Shown one piece after another: positions 63,675 through 64,000 of a stretch of 64,000 bases of DNA; positions within the stretch are counted from its first letter, which is position 1; each line of letters starts with the position of its first letter. Source of the stretch: Prochlorococcus sp. AG-459-A02 (lineage in GTDB: Bacteria; Cyanobacteriota; Cyanobacteriia; PCC-6307; Cyanobiaceae); contig QCQW01000002.1 of the NCBI GenBank assembly GCA_003212055.1, positions 2,698 to 66,697 on the forward strand. Reading direction: 5' to 3'. The notes under the pieces were generated by a model that searched no databases, was not told the DNA's origin, and saw only the letters and a list, made by a program, of their open reading frames with translations. The position numbers were made by a program, and so were the translations under genes.

Positions 63675-64000
63675 ATGCTGGAAATTTTAAGTCATCAATA
63701 TTTAAAAAATTTTTTGAAAGATCAAATTATCAATTGGGAACATATATATTCTTTCGGGAGAATAATTTCTAAGTGTATTGAAAATGATTCCACATATCTA
63801 ATTAATTCAGAAATTTTCACAAGCAATGATTGGTTACCTCCAATTTTGATTTCTCTATTTTTAAACCAAAAAGATTCAATTTTTATTTTATCTGAAGAAA
63901 ATATTCAATTTATAAGCCGATTTCAGATTGATTTATTGAGAAATCTAGGATTTAATTTTATTTTAAAAAATGATGAATTTATTTTTGCAAATCATCATGT
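63675..64000 (+). CDS. 5' part of a CDS running off the window (probably a DinG-like helicase-derived protein)
   Basis: Open frame MLEILSHQYLKNFLK...WEHIYSFGRIISK... to the window end; identity inferred from the N-terminal pattern and position divergent from tyrA. Confidence 0.55.
   Translation, partial: MLEILSHQYLKNFLKDQIINWEHIYSFGRIISKCIENDSTYLINSEIFTSNDWLPPILISLFLNQKDSIFILSEENIQFISRFQIDLLRNLGFNFILKNDEFIFANHH

Overview
AT-rich, very gene-dense core-genome segment of a marine picocyanobacterium, most consistent with a high-light-adapted Prochlorococcus. The assignment rests on low GC, gene order, ho1-pebA-pebB without neighbouring phycobiliprotein genes, and the panC-cmk fusion; it comes from my recognition, not a database search. 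The window holds about 66 CDS for housekeeping, photosynthesis and cofactor functions (ahcY, mreBCD, lysS, smpB, ruvB, thiC, tkt, fabF, acpP, psaC, glmS, rimM, ndhS, rnc, glgP, icd, ho1/pebA/pebB, panC-cmk, purM, hemF, rodA, psaD, trpE, gshA, ppc, recF, speD, larE, cobO, moeB, crtD-like, tyrA). It also holds RNase P RNA, three tRNAs (Arg-CCT, Cys-GCA, Arg-CCG) and a TPP riboswitch. I saw no mobile element, prophage, CRISPR array or clearly novel multi-gene system. The best leads are subtle: (1) recF has no in-frame canonical start codon; (2) a terminator/antiterminator-like leader sits before the Na+/H+ antiporter; (3) the TPP riboswitch has altered conserved positions; (4) homopolymer tracts frameshift a hydrolase and abut the ssb start; (5) a long hairpin lies in the icd leader; (6) several orphan enzymes and Cys-motif microproteins lack known partners (Fe-S-type LarE next to MoeB, DUF1537-type kinase, CrtD-like).
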